Shown: positions 12,050-33,682 of the stretch, in pieces
How positions within the stretch are numbered: position 1 is the stretch's first letter
How the letters are laid out: each line of letters begins with the position of its first letter
From: an uncultured Chloroflexia bacterium
GTDB lineage: Bacteria > Chloroflexota > Limnocylindria > Limnocylindrales > CSP1-4
NCBI GenBank assembly: GCA_963748625.1
Contig: CAVVJT010000010.1
Span: 640,001 to 704,000 of the forward strand
Length of the DNA stretch: 64,000 nucleotides
Reading direction: 5' to 3'
Position numbers and translations under genes: made by a program
Notes under the pieces: model-generated
Database searches by the model: none
Told to the model about the DNA's origin: nothing
The model's input: only the letters and a program-made list of their open reading frames with translations

Positions 12050-12354
12050 ATCTTGATCTCGATGTCGACGCCCGCCGCAAGCGAGAGCCGCATCAGGGCG
12101 TCCACCGTCTTCGACGAGGGATCCAGGATGTCGATGAGCCGCTTGTGGGTGCGGATCTCGAACTGCTCCCGGGAGTCCTTGTCGATGAACGGCGACCGCA
12201 GGACAGTGAACTTCTCGATCCGCGTCGGCAGCGGGACCGGCCCGACCACGTCAGCGCCGGTGCGCTGCGCGGTCTCGACGATCTGGGCTGCCGACTGGTC
12301 GAGCAGCCGGTGGTCGTAGGCCTTGAGGCGGATCCGGATCCGCTGCTTCGCCAT
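12046..12354 (-). CDS. rpsJ: 30S ribosomal protein S10
   Basis: [23 protein letters not shown]; ATG at 12354. Confidence 0.98.
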   Translation of the reverse strand: MAKQRIRIRLKAYDHRLLDQSAAQIVETAQRTGADVVGPVPLPTRIEKFTVLRSPFIDKDSREQFEIRTHKRLIDILDPSSKTVDALMRLSLAAGVDIEIKM

Positions 12355-12361
12355 CTCGTCC

Positions 12362-13558
<1,197 letters not shown>

Positions 13559-13607
13559 CCGGCTGGACTCCCGTGCTGCTCGCTCGCGCTGGGGCGAGCC
13601 GACCCTC

Positions 13608-15683
<2,076 letters not shown>

Positions 15684-15711
15684 GATCTGTCTAGCTCCTA
15701 TTGGGCTCGGA

Positions 15712-16176
15712 CTACCACTTGAAATGGCTGAAGGCGCGGTTCGCCTCGGCCATCTTGTGGGTGTCCTCGCGGCGCTTCACCGCGGCGCCGAGGCCGTTGG
15801 CGGCATCGACGAACTCGGCGGCGAGCTTCTCACTCATGCTCTTGCCGTTGCGCTTGCGAGCGGACTGGACAAGCCAGCGCACGCCCAGCGACAGGCGGCG
15901 GTCGCCCCGGATCTCCACCGGGACCTGGTAGGTGGCACCACCGACGCGGCGAGGCTTGACCTCGATGATCGGGGTGGCGTTGCGGAGGGCGGCTTCAAGC
16001 ACCTCGAGCCCGGGGCGCTTGGCCTGGAACTCGGCGCGGGCCAGGGCCTGGCGCAGGATGCGGTCGGAGAGCGTCTGCTTCCCGTCGCGCATCAACTTGG
16101 CACGGAAGTGGTCCGTGACGCGCTTGGACTCCGGCTGGTACTTGGCCTTGCGGGGGATCGACTGGCGACGCGGCAT
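15712..16176 (-). CDS. rpsG: 30S ribosomal protein S7 (divergent N-terminus)
   Basis: [23 protein letters not shown]. Confidence 0.97.
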   Translation of the reverse strand: MPRRQSIPRKAKYQPESKRVTDHFRAKLMRDGKQTLSDRILRQALARAEFQAKRPGLEVLEAALRNATPIIEVKPRRVGGATYQVPVEIRGDRRLSLGVRWLVQSARKRNGKSMSEKLAAEFVDAANGLGAAVKRREDTHKMAEANRAFSHFKW

Positions 16177-16179
16177 CTC

Positions 16180-16608
16180 TTACTTCCTACCCGGCGCCTG
16201 GTTGACCTTGGCCCCGTACTTGCTGCGACCCTGCTTGCGGTCCTTGACGCCGGCAGCGTCGAGGGTGCCGCGGATGATGTGGTACTTGACCGAGGGGAGG
16301 TCCTTCACCCGGCCGCCACGAACCAGGACCACCGAGTGCTCCTGCAGGTTGTGGCCGATGCCCGGGATGTAGGCGGTGACCTCCATCTGGTTGGTGAGCC
16401 GCACGCGCGCGATCTTCCGAAGGGCCGAGTTCGGCTTCTTCGGGGTCATCGTCCGGACCTGCAGGCACACGCCGCGCTTCTGAGGCGCACCCGGAATCGG
16501 CACCTGGCGCTGCCGCAGGCTGTTCCAGTTCTTGCGCAGGGCCGGAGCCTTGACCTTCTGGGTCTTCGGCTTGCGCCCGTGTCGCACGAGCTGGCTGATG
16601 GTCGGCAC
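16180..16608 (-). CDS. rpsL: 30S ribosomal protein S12
   Basis: [29 protein letters not shown]; GTG at 16608 after AAAGGAG. Confidence 0.98.
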   Translation of the reverse strand: MPTISQLVRHGRKPKTQKVKAPALRKNWNSLRQRQVPIPGAPQKRGVCLQVRTMTPKKPNSALRKIARVRLTNQMEVTAYIPGIGHNLQEHSVVLVRGGRVKDLPSVKYHIIRGTLDAAGVKDRKQGRSKYGAKVNQAPGRK

Positions 16609-16766
16609 GGAGACGCGGCTCCTTTCGTTACTGTGTTCTGTCAGTAGTGGTCTGGACCGGCGGGTCCACCCGTCGCCGGGGGGTTTCCGGCGGGTTCCGC
16701 ACGGATCTTGGAGGGGCAACCAGGGCGCACAACACACACTGGACCCCATCAAGGCCACGGCCGCGA

Positions 16767-16796
16767 AGTGTAGCAACGGGCCGTTTCTGGTGTCAA
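16767..16796 (-). promoter_or_regulatory. sigma70-type promoter of str operon
   Basis: TTGACA-N18-TACACT with TG extension. Confidence 0.7.
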
Positions 16797-16832
16797 ACAC
16801 CCGTCGGCCTGGCGCTTCGCTTGCCGGGAAGG

Positions 16833-16862
16833 ATCGAGCCCCGGTCGGGGCCGGGGCTCGAT
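16833..16862 (-). terminator. GC-rich hairpin after rpoC (terminator-like, no U tract)
   Basis: ATCGAGCCCCGG / CCGGGGCTCGAT 12-bp perfect inverted repeat. Confidence 0.5.
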
Positions 16863-16901
16863 ACCGTGGGTGCAGGGGATGGTGGGGCTTGCCGCCCCGG
16901 A

Positions 16902-21449
<4,548 letters not shown>

Positions 21450-21555
21450 CGGTCTCCTCCGCGCCACAGCGGCCAGGTGGCGCGTACGTTGCGTTCAGCG
21501 AGGGGGGACCGGGCCGGCCGGACGCCGATCCCCCTCCGTGCGGATGGTGCTGGTG

Positions 21556-25029
<3,474 letters not shown>

Positions 25030-25089
25030 GAAGGACGACTCCTTGTCGGAGTGGGAGAAAGAGGGAACGGCCGCAATCACAGAAGGAGT

Positions 25090-25117
25090 AGGATACCGCG
25101 CTCGTTCCCAATGTCAA
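25090..25117 (-). promoter_or_regulatory. putative rpoBC promoter
   Basis: TTGACA-N16-TATCCT. Confidence 0.6.
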
Positions 25118-25283
25118 CCACCGGACATGACAATACGAGCGACGGCCGTGAGGCCATCGCTCGTCCGGTGCGGCGCAAGGACCGGGGATGCCGGTCGAGG
25201 TCATCTACTGGAGATCGACCTTCGCGGGGTCCGGGCGGGCGACGGTCCCTGGGTGGAGCCGTCGCCACGCGACGAACACGATC

Positions 25284-25673
25284 CTACTTGATCTCGACCT
25301 TGGCGCCCTGCTCCTCGAGGGCGGCCTTGATCTTCTCGGCCTCGTCCTTGGTCACGGCCTCCTTGACGGCCTTGGGGGCTGCGTCAACGAGATCCTTGGC
25401 CTCCTTGAGGCCGAGGCCGGTGAGCTCCCGGACGACCTTGATCACGGGGATCTTGTTCGGGCCGATCTCGGTCAGCGTCGCGGTGAACTCGGTCTGCTCC
25501 TCCTCGGCAGCGACGGCTGCCGGGGCGGCGCCGGCGGCGACCGCGGCGACGGCGACGGGGGCGGCGGCGGTGACGCCGAACTTGTCCTCGAAGGCCTTCT
25601 TGAACTCAGACAGCTCGAGGACGGTCATCTGCTCGAACGCGGCGAGCAGCTCGTCGACGGAAAGCTTGGCCAT
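25284..25673 (-). CDS. rplL: 50S ribosomal protein L7/L12
   Basis: [26 protein letters not shown]. Confidence 0.98.
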   Translation of the reverse strand: MAKLSVDELLAAFEQMTVLELSEFKKAFEDKFGVTAAAPVAVAAVAAGAAPAAVAAEEEQTEFTATLTEIGPNKIPVIKVVRELTGLGLKEAKDLVDAAPKAVKEAVTKDEAEKIKAALEEQGAKVEIK

Positions 25674-25738
25674 GGTGCTTGTGTCTCCTGGTGGTGGCGC
25701 GCCGCCGGGCGGCGCGGTGTTGGTCTCGAAGGTGAGGG

Positions 25739-26275
25739 TCAGGCCGCTGCGGCGTCGCCGCCGCGCTGGTCGATCAGCGCCTGGACCAGGCCGACCACGT
25801 CGCGCCCGGGGGCGTCGAACAGGCCTGCGACGGTCGAGAGCGGAGCCGAGATCGCCCCGATCACCCCGGCGAGGAGAACCTCGCGGGAGGGGAGGGTGGC
25901 AAGCCGGATCACGCCATCGGCGTTGATCGCCGTGCTGCCCAGGACGCCACCGGTGATCTTGACGATCTTGGCGTACGGGCGGACGGCATCGAGGACCGCC
26001 TTGGCCGTCGCCGCCTCATCGGTGCCGAAGGCGATCGCCGACGGGCCGGTGAGAAGCGGGGACAGTGCGGCAGCGGCAGGGTTCTCCTGCGCTGCGATCC
26101 GCATCAGGCGGTTCTTGACGACCCGGTATTGCACGTTGCTCTTGCGCAGCGCGCGCCGGATCTCGGTGATCTCCTTCACCTTGAGGCCGCGGTATTCCGA
26201 CACGATCATCGTGGAATGTGCGTCCAGGACGGCACGCAGCTCCTCGATCGTCTCGCGCTTGGCCTCTGTCGGCAT
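25739..26275 (-). CDS. rplJ: 50S ribosomal protein L10
   Basis: [20 protein letters not shown]; ATG at 26275 after AAGGAGG. Confidence 0.96.
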   Translation of the reverse strand: MPTEAKRETIEELRAVLDAHSTMIVSEYRGLKVKEITEIRRALRKSNVQYRVVKNRLMRIAAQENPAAAALSPLLTGPSAIAFGTDEAATAKAVLDAVRPYAKIVKITGGVLGSTAINADGVIRLATLPSREVLLAGVIGAISAPLSTVAGLFDAPGRDVVGLVQALIDQRGGDAAAA

Positions 26276-26423
26276 CGAGCCTCCTTGACCTCCTTGCTCC
26301 AGGCGCGCAGCCGGCGCGCGGCGGTGGGTGCGCCCGGCGCGCTGCGCCGGTCCATCCCCTGCGACGGGCCACGTGTGCAGGGGGCGCGTCCCACTCCGCA
26401 AGGAGGTTGGGGCGATGCCATCT

Positions 26424-26560
26424 GCCTCGGCGTGCCCGCCGGCGTCCCCTCCCCCATCCCCGAGGGATGGAGGCCGGTCCGGTCCGGCGGATCAAGCCCC
26501 CGGCGTCATCGTGACCTTGCGGTCTCGGCGGCGTCGTCCAGGGCGCAGGCTGTCTGCGGC
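26424..26560 (-). ncRNA. L10 leader-like cis-regulatory RNA (expanded)
   Basis: CCGCAGACAGC...GCTTGAT...GCCGAGG matches recalled L10_leader conserved blocks, upstream of rplJ. Confidence 0.55.
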
Positions 26561-26654
26561 GATCCGTCTTCTAGCGATCGGCCCAGGCCTCTCGGCCGGG
26601 TCGTGCATGTGATGGGGCTCCGGGAGGACCTGGAGCCGCGTTGCCCTGGCCTCG

Positions 26655-27359
26655 CTACTTCGCGACGGCGAGGACGCTGGGGATGTCCACGCGGATGCCG
26701 GGGCCCATGGTGGTGGCGACCGACAGGGTCCGCAGGTACTGGCCCTTGGCGCCCGACGGCTTGGCGCGGTTCACCGCGTCGACCAGGGCGGCGAGGTTGT
26801 CCTCGAGCTGCTGGGCTTCGAAGGAGGCCTTGCCAACCGGGACGTGGATGATGGCGCCCTTGTCGACCTTGAACTCGACGCGGCCGGCCTTGACCTCCTT
26901 GACCGCGCGCTCGATGTCGAACGTGACGGTGCCCGCCTTCGGGTTCGGCATGAGGCCACGGCGGCCGAGGATGCGGCCGAGCTTGCCGACCATGCCCATG
27001 ACGTCGGGGGCCGCGATCGCGACATCGAACTCCAGCCAGCCGGCCTCGATCTTCTTGACGAGGTCCTCGGAGCCGACCTCGTCGGCACCGGAGCGAAGGG
27101 CCTCCTGGGCCTTCTCGCCCTGGGCGAAGACCGCGACGCGAATGACCTTGCCCGTGCCGTGCGGGAGGACGACCGTGCCACGAACCATCTGGTCGGCGTG
27201 ACGGGGGTCGACGCCGAGCCGGAGGTGCGCCTCGACGGACGGGTCGAACTTGACCGTGGAGGTCTCCTTCGCGAGGGCGACGGCCTCCGCGATGGGATAG
27301 ACCTGCGTGCGGTCCACGAGCTTGGCGAGATCCTGGTAGCGCTTGCCGCGATCCGGCAT
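26655..27359 (-). CDS. rplA: 50S ribosomal protein L1
   Basis: ADQMVRG, LPHGTG, GLMPNPK, TTMGPG. Confidence 0.98.
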   Translation of the reverse strand: MPDRGKRYQDLAKLVDRTQVYPIAEAVALAKETSTVKFDPSVEAHLRLGVDPRHADQMVRGTVVLPHGTGKVIRVAVFAQGEKAQEALRSGADEVGSEDLVKKIEAGWLEFDVAIAAPDVMGMVGKLGRILGRRGLMPNPKAGTVTFDIERAVKEVKAGRVEFKVDKGAIIHVPVGKASFEAQQLEDNLAALVDAVNRAKPSGAKGQYLRTLSVATTMGPGIRVDIPSVLAVAK

Positions 27360-27443
27360 GGTTGGTGCTCCTTCGGTCGTTGTCGACCTGCCCCGTGGTT
27401 GCGCGCCCGGGCCGGGGTCCCTCCCGGGCGCCTGCCGGCTGGA

Positions 27444-27869
27444 CTAGCCGACGACCTCGATGCCCATGCTGCGGGCAGTGCCCTCGATCACCTTCATGCC
27501 GGCTTCGACGTCGTTGACGTTGAGGTCGGGCATCTTGAGCTCGGCGATCTGCCGGACCTGGTCCTTGGTCACGCGCCCGACGACATCCTTGCCAGCGGTC
27601 GCGGAGCCGGCGGTGATGCCGGCCGCCTTGCGCAGGAGGTCCGGCGCGGGCGGGGTCTTGAGGACGAAGGTGAACGAGCGATCCTCGAAGATCGTGATCT
27701 GGGCGGGGATGACCTGGCCGGCCTTGTCCGCCGTCTTCTCGTTGTAGGCCTTCGTGAACTCGACGATGTTGATGCCGTGAGGTCCCAGCGCGGTGCCGAC
27801 GGGCGGGGCGGGTGTCGCCTTGCCAGCCGGCAGCTGCAGCGTGAGGACGATGCGGATCTTCTTGGCCAC
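27444..27869 (-). CDS. rplK: 50S ribosomal protein L11
   Basis: [24 protein letters not shown]. Confidence 0.98.
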   Translation of the reverse strand: MAKKIRIVLTLQLPAGKATPAPPVGTALGPHGINIVEFTKAYNEKTADKAGQVIPAQITIFEDRSFTFVLKTPPAPDLLRKAAGITAGSATAGKDVVGRVTKDQVRQIAELKMPDLNVNDVEAGMKVIEGTARSMGIEVVG

Positions 27870-27893
27870 GGTTCTAGCTCGCTCCCTGCCTCG

Positions 27894-28466
27894 TTACAGC
27901 TTCTCGACCTGGAGGAAGTCGAGCTCGACCGGGGTCTCCCGGCCGAAGATGCTCACGAGGACCTTCAGCTTGTTGCGCTCAGGGTTGACCTCGTCCACGG
28001 TCCCGATGAACTCCGCGAACGGACCGTCCGTGACACGCACGCTCTGGCCCTTCGTGAAGGCGACCCGGTACTTAGGCGTCTCAACGCCCATGTGCCGGAG
28101 GATCTGCTTGACCTCGGTCTCGTCAAGCGGGATCGGCTCGCTGCGCATCCCGGGGATGTTGCCGCTGCCGACGAAGCTCGTTACGCCCGGGGTGTTCCGG
28201 ACGACGAACCAGGACTCCGGGTCGAGGATCATCTCGACGAGCACGTAGCCCGGGTAGACCTTCTTCTGAACGGTATGCCGCTGGCCCTGGCGGATCTCGA
28301 TCTCATCCTCCATCGGGACCAGGACCTGGAAGATCTTGTCCTCCATGCCCATCGACTCGATGCGGTGCTCGAGGTTCGCTTTGACCTTGTTCTCGTAGCC
28401 GGAGTACGTGTGGATCACGTACCACCGCTTCTCCGGCGCGCGTGAAACCGTCAGCTGCTCGGTCAT
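27894..28466 (-). CDS. nusG: transcription factor NusG
   Basis: [32 protein letters not shown]; ATG overlaps secE stop. Confidence 0.97.
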   Translation of the reverse strand: MTEQLTVSRAPEKRWYVIHTYSGYENKVKANLEHRIESMGMEDKIFQVLVPMEDEIEIRQGQRHTVQKKVYPGYVLVEMILDPESWFVVRNTPGVTSFVGSGNIPGMRSEPIPLDETEVKQILRHMGVETPKYRVAFTKGQSVRVTDGPFAEFIGTVDEVNPERNKLKVLVSIFGRETPVELDFLQVEKL

Positions 28467-28654
28467 GCGATGAAGCCCGAGACGAACTTGACGATCTCGG
28501 TGAGGATCGTGTCGGCGACGGTGATGTAGACACCCACGACGAACGACACGACGAAGACGAGGATCGTCAGGTTGCGCACCTGGACCCGGCTCGGCCACGA
28601 GACCTTCTTGAGCTCGGACCAGGATTCCTTGATGAACTGGCGGATACGCTTCAC
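28463..28654 (-). CDS. secE: preprotein translocase SecE
   Basis: ELKKVSWP plus one TM helix. Confidence 0.95.
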   Translation of the reverse strand: MKRIRQFIKESWSELKKVSWPSRVQVRNLTILVFVVSFVVGVYITVADTILTEIVKFVSGFIA

Positions 28655-28681
28655 GGATGCCTTTTCAGCGCTGGAAGGATG

Positions 28682-28757
28682 TGGCAGGGGCGATAGGACT
28701 CGAACCTACAACCCCCGGTTTTGGAGACCGGTGCTCTGCCAATTGAGCTACACCCCT
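28682..28757 (-). tRNA. tRNA-Trp(CCA)
   Basis: 76-nt cloverleaf, loop CTCCAAA, encoded CCA end; rpmG-trp-secE synteny. Confidence 0.96.
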
Positions 28758-28774
28758 GCGGAGGTCCTTCCGGG

Positions 28775-28939
28775 CTACTTCGCCTCGCGATGCAGCGTGT
28801 GCCGCCGCTCGCGAGGGCAGTACTTCAGGAGTTCGATCCGGTTGGGATCGTTCTTCTTGTTCTTGCGCGTGGTGTAGTTCCGCTGCTTGCACTCGGTGCA
28901 AGCAAGCTGGATCACCGGTCGCGCTTCAACTCGGGCCAT
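28775..28939 (-). CDS. rpmG: 50S ribosomal protein L33
   Basis: [14 protein letters not shown]...[14 protein letters not shown]. Confidence 0.97.
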   Translation of the reverse strand: MARVEARPVIQLACTECKQRNYTTRKNKKNDPNRIELLKYCPRERRHTLHREAK

Positions 28940-28949
28940 GGTGTCTCGT

Positions 28950-30146
<1,197 letters not shown>

Positions 30147-30213
30147 AGGACCCTTCTCACTCCATTGTTGGGCGGCGCTGGCCGCCGGGTACTGACCGCT
30201 CTCGGCGAAAGAG

Positions 30214-30289
30214 TGGAGCCCAGAACGGGATTCGAACCCGTGACCTCATCCTTACCAAGGATGTGCTCTACCGGCTGAGCTATCTGGGC
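30214..30289 (-). tRNA. tRNA-Thr(GGT)
   Basis: 76-nt cloverleaf, anticodon loop TTGGTAA, CCA end. Confidence 0.95.
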
Positions 30290-30344
30290 CCTGCTGAGAC
30301 GGCGCCGCGGACGGCGCGTCCCCCTGGACGCGTGCAATGCCTGT

Positions 30345-30420
30345 TGGAGCCGACGACGGGACTCGAACCCGGAACCGGCGGTTTACAAAACCGCTGCTCT
30401 ACCAATTGAGCTACGTCGGC
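30345..30420 (-). tRNA. tRNA-Thr(TGT)
   Basis: 76-nt cloverleaf, GCGGT-TTTGTAA-ACCGC anticodon arm, CCA end; C49:U65 mismatch. Confidence 0.93.
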
Positions 30421-30464
30421 ACGCGCGCACAGTCAAACAAGAGTAAGACCCTGCGAGCCGAGGA

Positions 30465-30493
30465 ATGATACGGCCCGCCGCCCGGGGCGTCAA
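30465..30493 (-). promoter_or_regulatory. promoter of tRNA-Thr/tuf operon
   Basis: TTGACG-N17-TATCAT; -35 overlaps rlmB stop. Confidence 0.7.
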
Positions 30494-32280
30494 ACCTCGG
30501 AAGGCGGCTCCGGCTGCTCGGCGACGAGGTCGCCAACGGCCGGTCCCCCTGGCAACAGGTCGTCGTCGGGCAGCGGGGCGGAGGGCGGCGCCGGGTCGGC
30601 TTCGCGCTTGCGGGTCCGGGATGGCCGACGCGGAGCGGCTGGGGCCGGATCGGGCTCGATCGGCTCCGTGACGGGTGTCGCCGGGGCATCCGCCTGATCG
30701 GGAGGCATGGTGGACGCCTCCGCCTCCCCGGTCGTCGCGAGGCCATCGGCCGCTTCGGTCTCGGCCGGGTCGCCGGCAGGCCGTGGTGCCTCGTGCAGCC
30801 TTCGCTGCGCGGCAGCCTCGTAGAGCAGGATCGAGCCGGCGACCGCTGCGTTCAGGGACTCGATGCGTCCATGCATCGGGATGCGAACGAGCAGGTCGCA
30901 CCTGCGCCGGACCGCGGGTCCCAGGCCGCGCCCCTCGCTGCCCACAACAATGGCGATGGGTCCGCGAAGGTCGGCCTCGCGGGCGGTCAAAGCCGCATCA
31001 CCGTCCGCCCCCACGATGCGCAGGCCGCGGGCATGCAGATCTGCGAGCGCACCCGGAAGGTCGTCCACGGGAGCGAGGCGGAGGTGCTCGACGGCACCTG
31101 CGGACGCCTTCACCGCGGCCGGCGTGAGCGGCGCCTGACGGAAGGTCGGGAACACGGCACCGTGGACCCCCGATGCCTCGGCGCTGCGCAGCAGCGTGCC
31201 CACGTTCTGGGGGTCCTCGAGCGAGTCGAGGACGACCACCAGCGGGTCCTCGCCGCGCTCGAGCGCGGCCGCGAGGATGTCGTCCGTACCCGCCCAGCGG
31301 CGGGGGGCCACGACGAGCGCGATGCCCTGGTGGCCATCGAAGCCGGTCACCGCGGTCAGCGTGCCGCCCTCGACCTCCACGACCGGGATGCGGAGTGATG
31401 TCGCGTGGAGGACGAGCTTCTCGAGCGCGTGGCGCCGCTGGGGAACCACGAGCAGGCGCTTGGCCTCGCGGCGAGCGACGAATGCCTCCTCCACGGGGCG
31501 GCGACCGGCGACCAGCTCCTCGTCCTCTGCCAGGCGCAGGACAGGATCCGCGGGCCGAGTCGGTCGGGCGTCATAGCGGGGACCGCGCATCGGGGGCCTG
31601 CCTTGACCAGGGTACGGGCGGTGGCCCGGGTGCTGGCCGCGGTCGTCGTGGCGCGGGGCGCGGTCGTCGTGGCGCGGGGCGCGGTCGTCGTGGCGCGGGC
31701 CGCGGTCGTCGTGGCGCGGGGCGCGGTCGTCGTGGCGCGGGGCGCGGTCGTCGTACCCCGGGCGCGGGGCGTCGTGGCGCGGGGCGCGGTCGTCGTACCC
31801 CGGGCGCGGGGCGTCGTGGCGCGGGGTGCGGTCGTCGTACCCCGGGCGCGGGGCGTCGTGGCGCGGGGCGCGGTCGTCGTACCCCGGGCGCGGGGCGTCG
31901 TGGCGCGGGGCGTCGTGGCGCGGGGCGTCGTGGCGCGGGGCTCGGTCGTCGTACCCCGGGCGCGGGGCGTCGTGGCGCGGGGCGTCGTGGCGCGGTCCGC
32001 CCTGTCGGTGTCGGGGCTCCTGACCGGGCGGCCTGTCATCGGCCTCCCAAGGCCGGGCGGGCCGCTCGGGGCGATCGTGGTGCTGGGGCGATCCCCCACG
32101 GCTGCCGGCACGATCGCCGTCGCGCCGATACGGCGGGCGAGGCCCACTGGCGGGGCGCGGTCCATACGGCCGCGGGCCCCTGGAGCCTGCATGCGACCCG
32201 CTTCCGGGCGCGCCGTGCTGATCCTTGCTGCTCGCCGGGCGCTGCGGGCGTTCGTCGTCGGGGCGCGGACGGTCAGCCAC
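30490..32280 (-). CDS. rlmB: 23S rRNA Gm2251 methyltransferase RlmB (SpoU/TrmH family) with long low-complexity N- and C-terminal extensions
   Basis: HQGI, LDSLEDPQNVGTLLRSA, GSEGRG, IPMHGRIESLNAAVA; follows cysS; GTG at 32280 overlaps cysS end (start inferred). Confidence 0.9.
   Translation of the reverse strand: MADRPRPDDERPQRPASSKDQHGAPGSGSHAGSRGPRPYGPRPASGPRPPYRRDGDRAGSRGGSPQHHDRPERPARPWEADDRPPGQEPRHRQGGPRHDAPRHDAPRPGYDDRAPRHDAPRHDAPRHDAPRPGYDDRAPRHDAPRPGYDDRTPRHDAPRPGYDDRAPRHDAPRPGYDDRAPRHDDRAPRHDDRGPRHDDRAPRHDDRAPRHDDRGQHPGHRPYPGQGRPPMRGPRYDARPTRPADPVLRLAEDEELVAGRRPVEEAFVARREAKRLLVVPQRRHALEKLVLHATSLRIPVVEVEGGTLTAVTGFDGHQGIALVVAPRRWAGTDDILAAALERGEDPLVVVLDSLEDPQNVGTLLRSAEASGVHGAVFPTFRQAPLTPAAVKASAGAVEHLRLAPVDDLPGALADLHARGLRIVGADGDAALTAREADLRGPIAIVVGSEGRGLGPAVRRRCDLLVRIPMHGRIESLNAAVAGSILLYEAAAQRRLHEAPRPAGDPAETEAADGLATTGEAEASTMPPDQADAPATPVTEPIEPDPAPAAPRRPSRTRKREADPAPPSAPLPDDDLLPGGPAVGDLVAEQPEPPSEV
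31640..31995 (-). repeat. coding tandem repeats RHDAP / RHDAPRPGYDDRAP / RHDDRAP
   Basis: 15-, 42- and 21-bp units repeated in frame within rlmB. Confidence 0.92.
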
Positions 32281-33682
32281 CGGAGGCCACCACGTGGCGC
32301 CAGCGCTGCCCGTCGCGTGTGTCCTCGACGGCAACCCCTCGTGCGAGGAGCTCGTCGCGCAGCCGATCCGACTCGGACCACTGCTTCGCCGCTCGGGCGG
32401 CCGCCCGTGCCTCGAGCATCGCGGCCAGCTCGGGCTCGAGCGCCGCCTCGCCGGGGGCGGCGATGCCCAGCACCTCGTCGAGGTCGCGGACCATCGCTGT
32501 GGCCCGGCCGGCGTCCGCGGTGGAGAGGGTCCTGGCATCGAGGCGGCGATTCAGTTCGCGCACGCCGTCGAACAGGGCGGCCAGTGCCGCCGAGACGTTG
32601 AGATCGTCGTCCAGGCCCGCGGTGAACGCCTCGCGCACGCCGTCGAGCACCACCGGCAGCGTGGGGTCGTCCTCACGATCCTCCCTGTAGGCAGCGAGCG
32701 CAACCAGCAGCGCGTCGATCCTCTCGATTGCCGCCGCGGCCGCCGCGAGCGAGTCGTCGGAGTAGTTGAGCGGGGCCCGATAGTGGACGGCCGTCAGCGC
32801 GTACCGGAGGGCTCGCGGCGACACGCCGGCGGCGATGAGATCGGACACGCGCGCGATGTTGCCCGTTGACTTGGCCATCTTCTCGCCGCCCATCCGCAGG
32901 TGGGCGCAATGCATCCACGTCCGCACAAACGGCTCGCCGGTGGCCGCCTCGGACTGGGCGATCTCGTCCTCGTGATGCGGGAAGACCAGGTCCACGCCGC
33001 CGGTGTGGATGTCGAAGGACGATCCGAGGTGGGCCATGCTCATCGCCGAGCACTCGATGTGCCAGCCGGGCCTGCCGGTCCCGATCGCCGTGGACCATGC
33101 CGGCTCGCCGGGCTTCGCGCCCTTCCACAGCACGAAGTCACGGACGTCGTCCTTGCCGTACTCGTCGGCCTCCACGCGCTCGCCGACACGCATGGCGTCC
33201 GGATCGAGGCGCGCCAGGCGGCCGTACGCGGGCCATGACGCGATGCGGAAGAAGACCGAGCCGTCGTCGGTCCGGTAGGCGTGGCCCTTGGCCTGGAGCT
33301 GGGCCACGAGATCGACGATCTGGTCGATGTGCTCCGTCGCTCGGGGCAGGACGTCGGGACGCGTCATGCCGAGGGACTCGGCGTCGGCCAGGAACCTGGC
33401 GGCATAGCGGTCGGCAAGGTCCGTGATCGAGATGTTCTCAGCCGCAGCACCCCGGATGATCTTGTCGTCGATGTCGGTCAGGTTCATCACCCAGGTCACG
33501 CGCAGGCCGCGCCAGCGCAGGTAGCGAACCAGGACATCGGCGAACAGGAACGAGCGGAAGTTGCCGATATGGGCTGGACCGTAGACCGTGGGGCCGCAGC
33601 TGTAGATGCGGACGTGGCCGGGTTCGAGCGGCTCGAGGGGACGGACCTCGCCCGAGAGCGTGTCCTGCAGGCGGATCGTCAT
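32273..33682 (-). CDS. cysS: cysteine--tRNA ligase
   Basis: CGPTVY, HIGN, PGWHIECSAM, FPHHEDE, KMAKS; ATGA overlap with ispDF. Confidence 0.98.
   Translation of the reverse strand: MTIRLQDTLSGEVRPLEPLEPGHVRIYSCGPTVYGPAHIGNFRSFLFADVLVRYLRWRGLRVTWVMNLTDIDDKIIRGAAAENISITDLADRYAARFLADAESLGMTRPDVLPRATEHIDQIVDLVAQLQAKGHAYRTDDGSVFFRIASWPAYGRLARLDPDAMRVGERVEADEYGKDDVRDFVLWKGAKPGEPAWSTAIGTGRPGWHIECSAMSMAHLGSSFDIHTGGVDLVFPHHEDEIAQSEAATGEPFVRTWMHCAHLRMGGEKMAKSTGNIARVSDLIAAGVSPRALRYALTAVHYRAPLNYSDDSLAAAAAAIERIDALLVALAAYREDREDDPTLPVVLDGVREAFTAGLDDDLNVSAALAALFDGVRELNRRLDARTLSTADAGRATAMVRDLDEVLGIAAPGEAALEPELAAMLEARAAARAAKQWSESDRLRDELLARGVAVEDTRDGQRWRHVVASGG

Noticed and set aside
16609-16800. N-terminal extensions given by the ORF track for rpsL (also infA, rpsC, rplJ, nusG, MFS, dnaX)
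   Set aside because: Downstream starts with SD or overlap match known N-termini; the rpsL extension spans its promoter.
31640-31995. Repeat array resembling CRISPR
   Set aside because: No unique spacers, unit lengths are multiples of 3, in frame within rlmB, and no cas genes.
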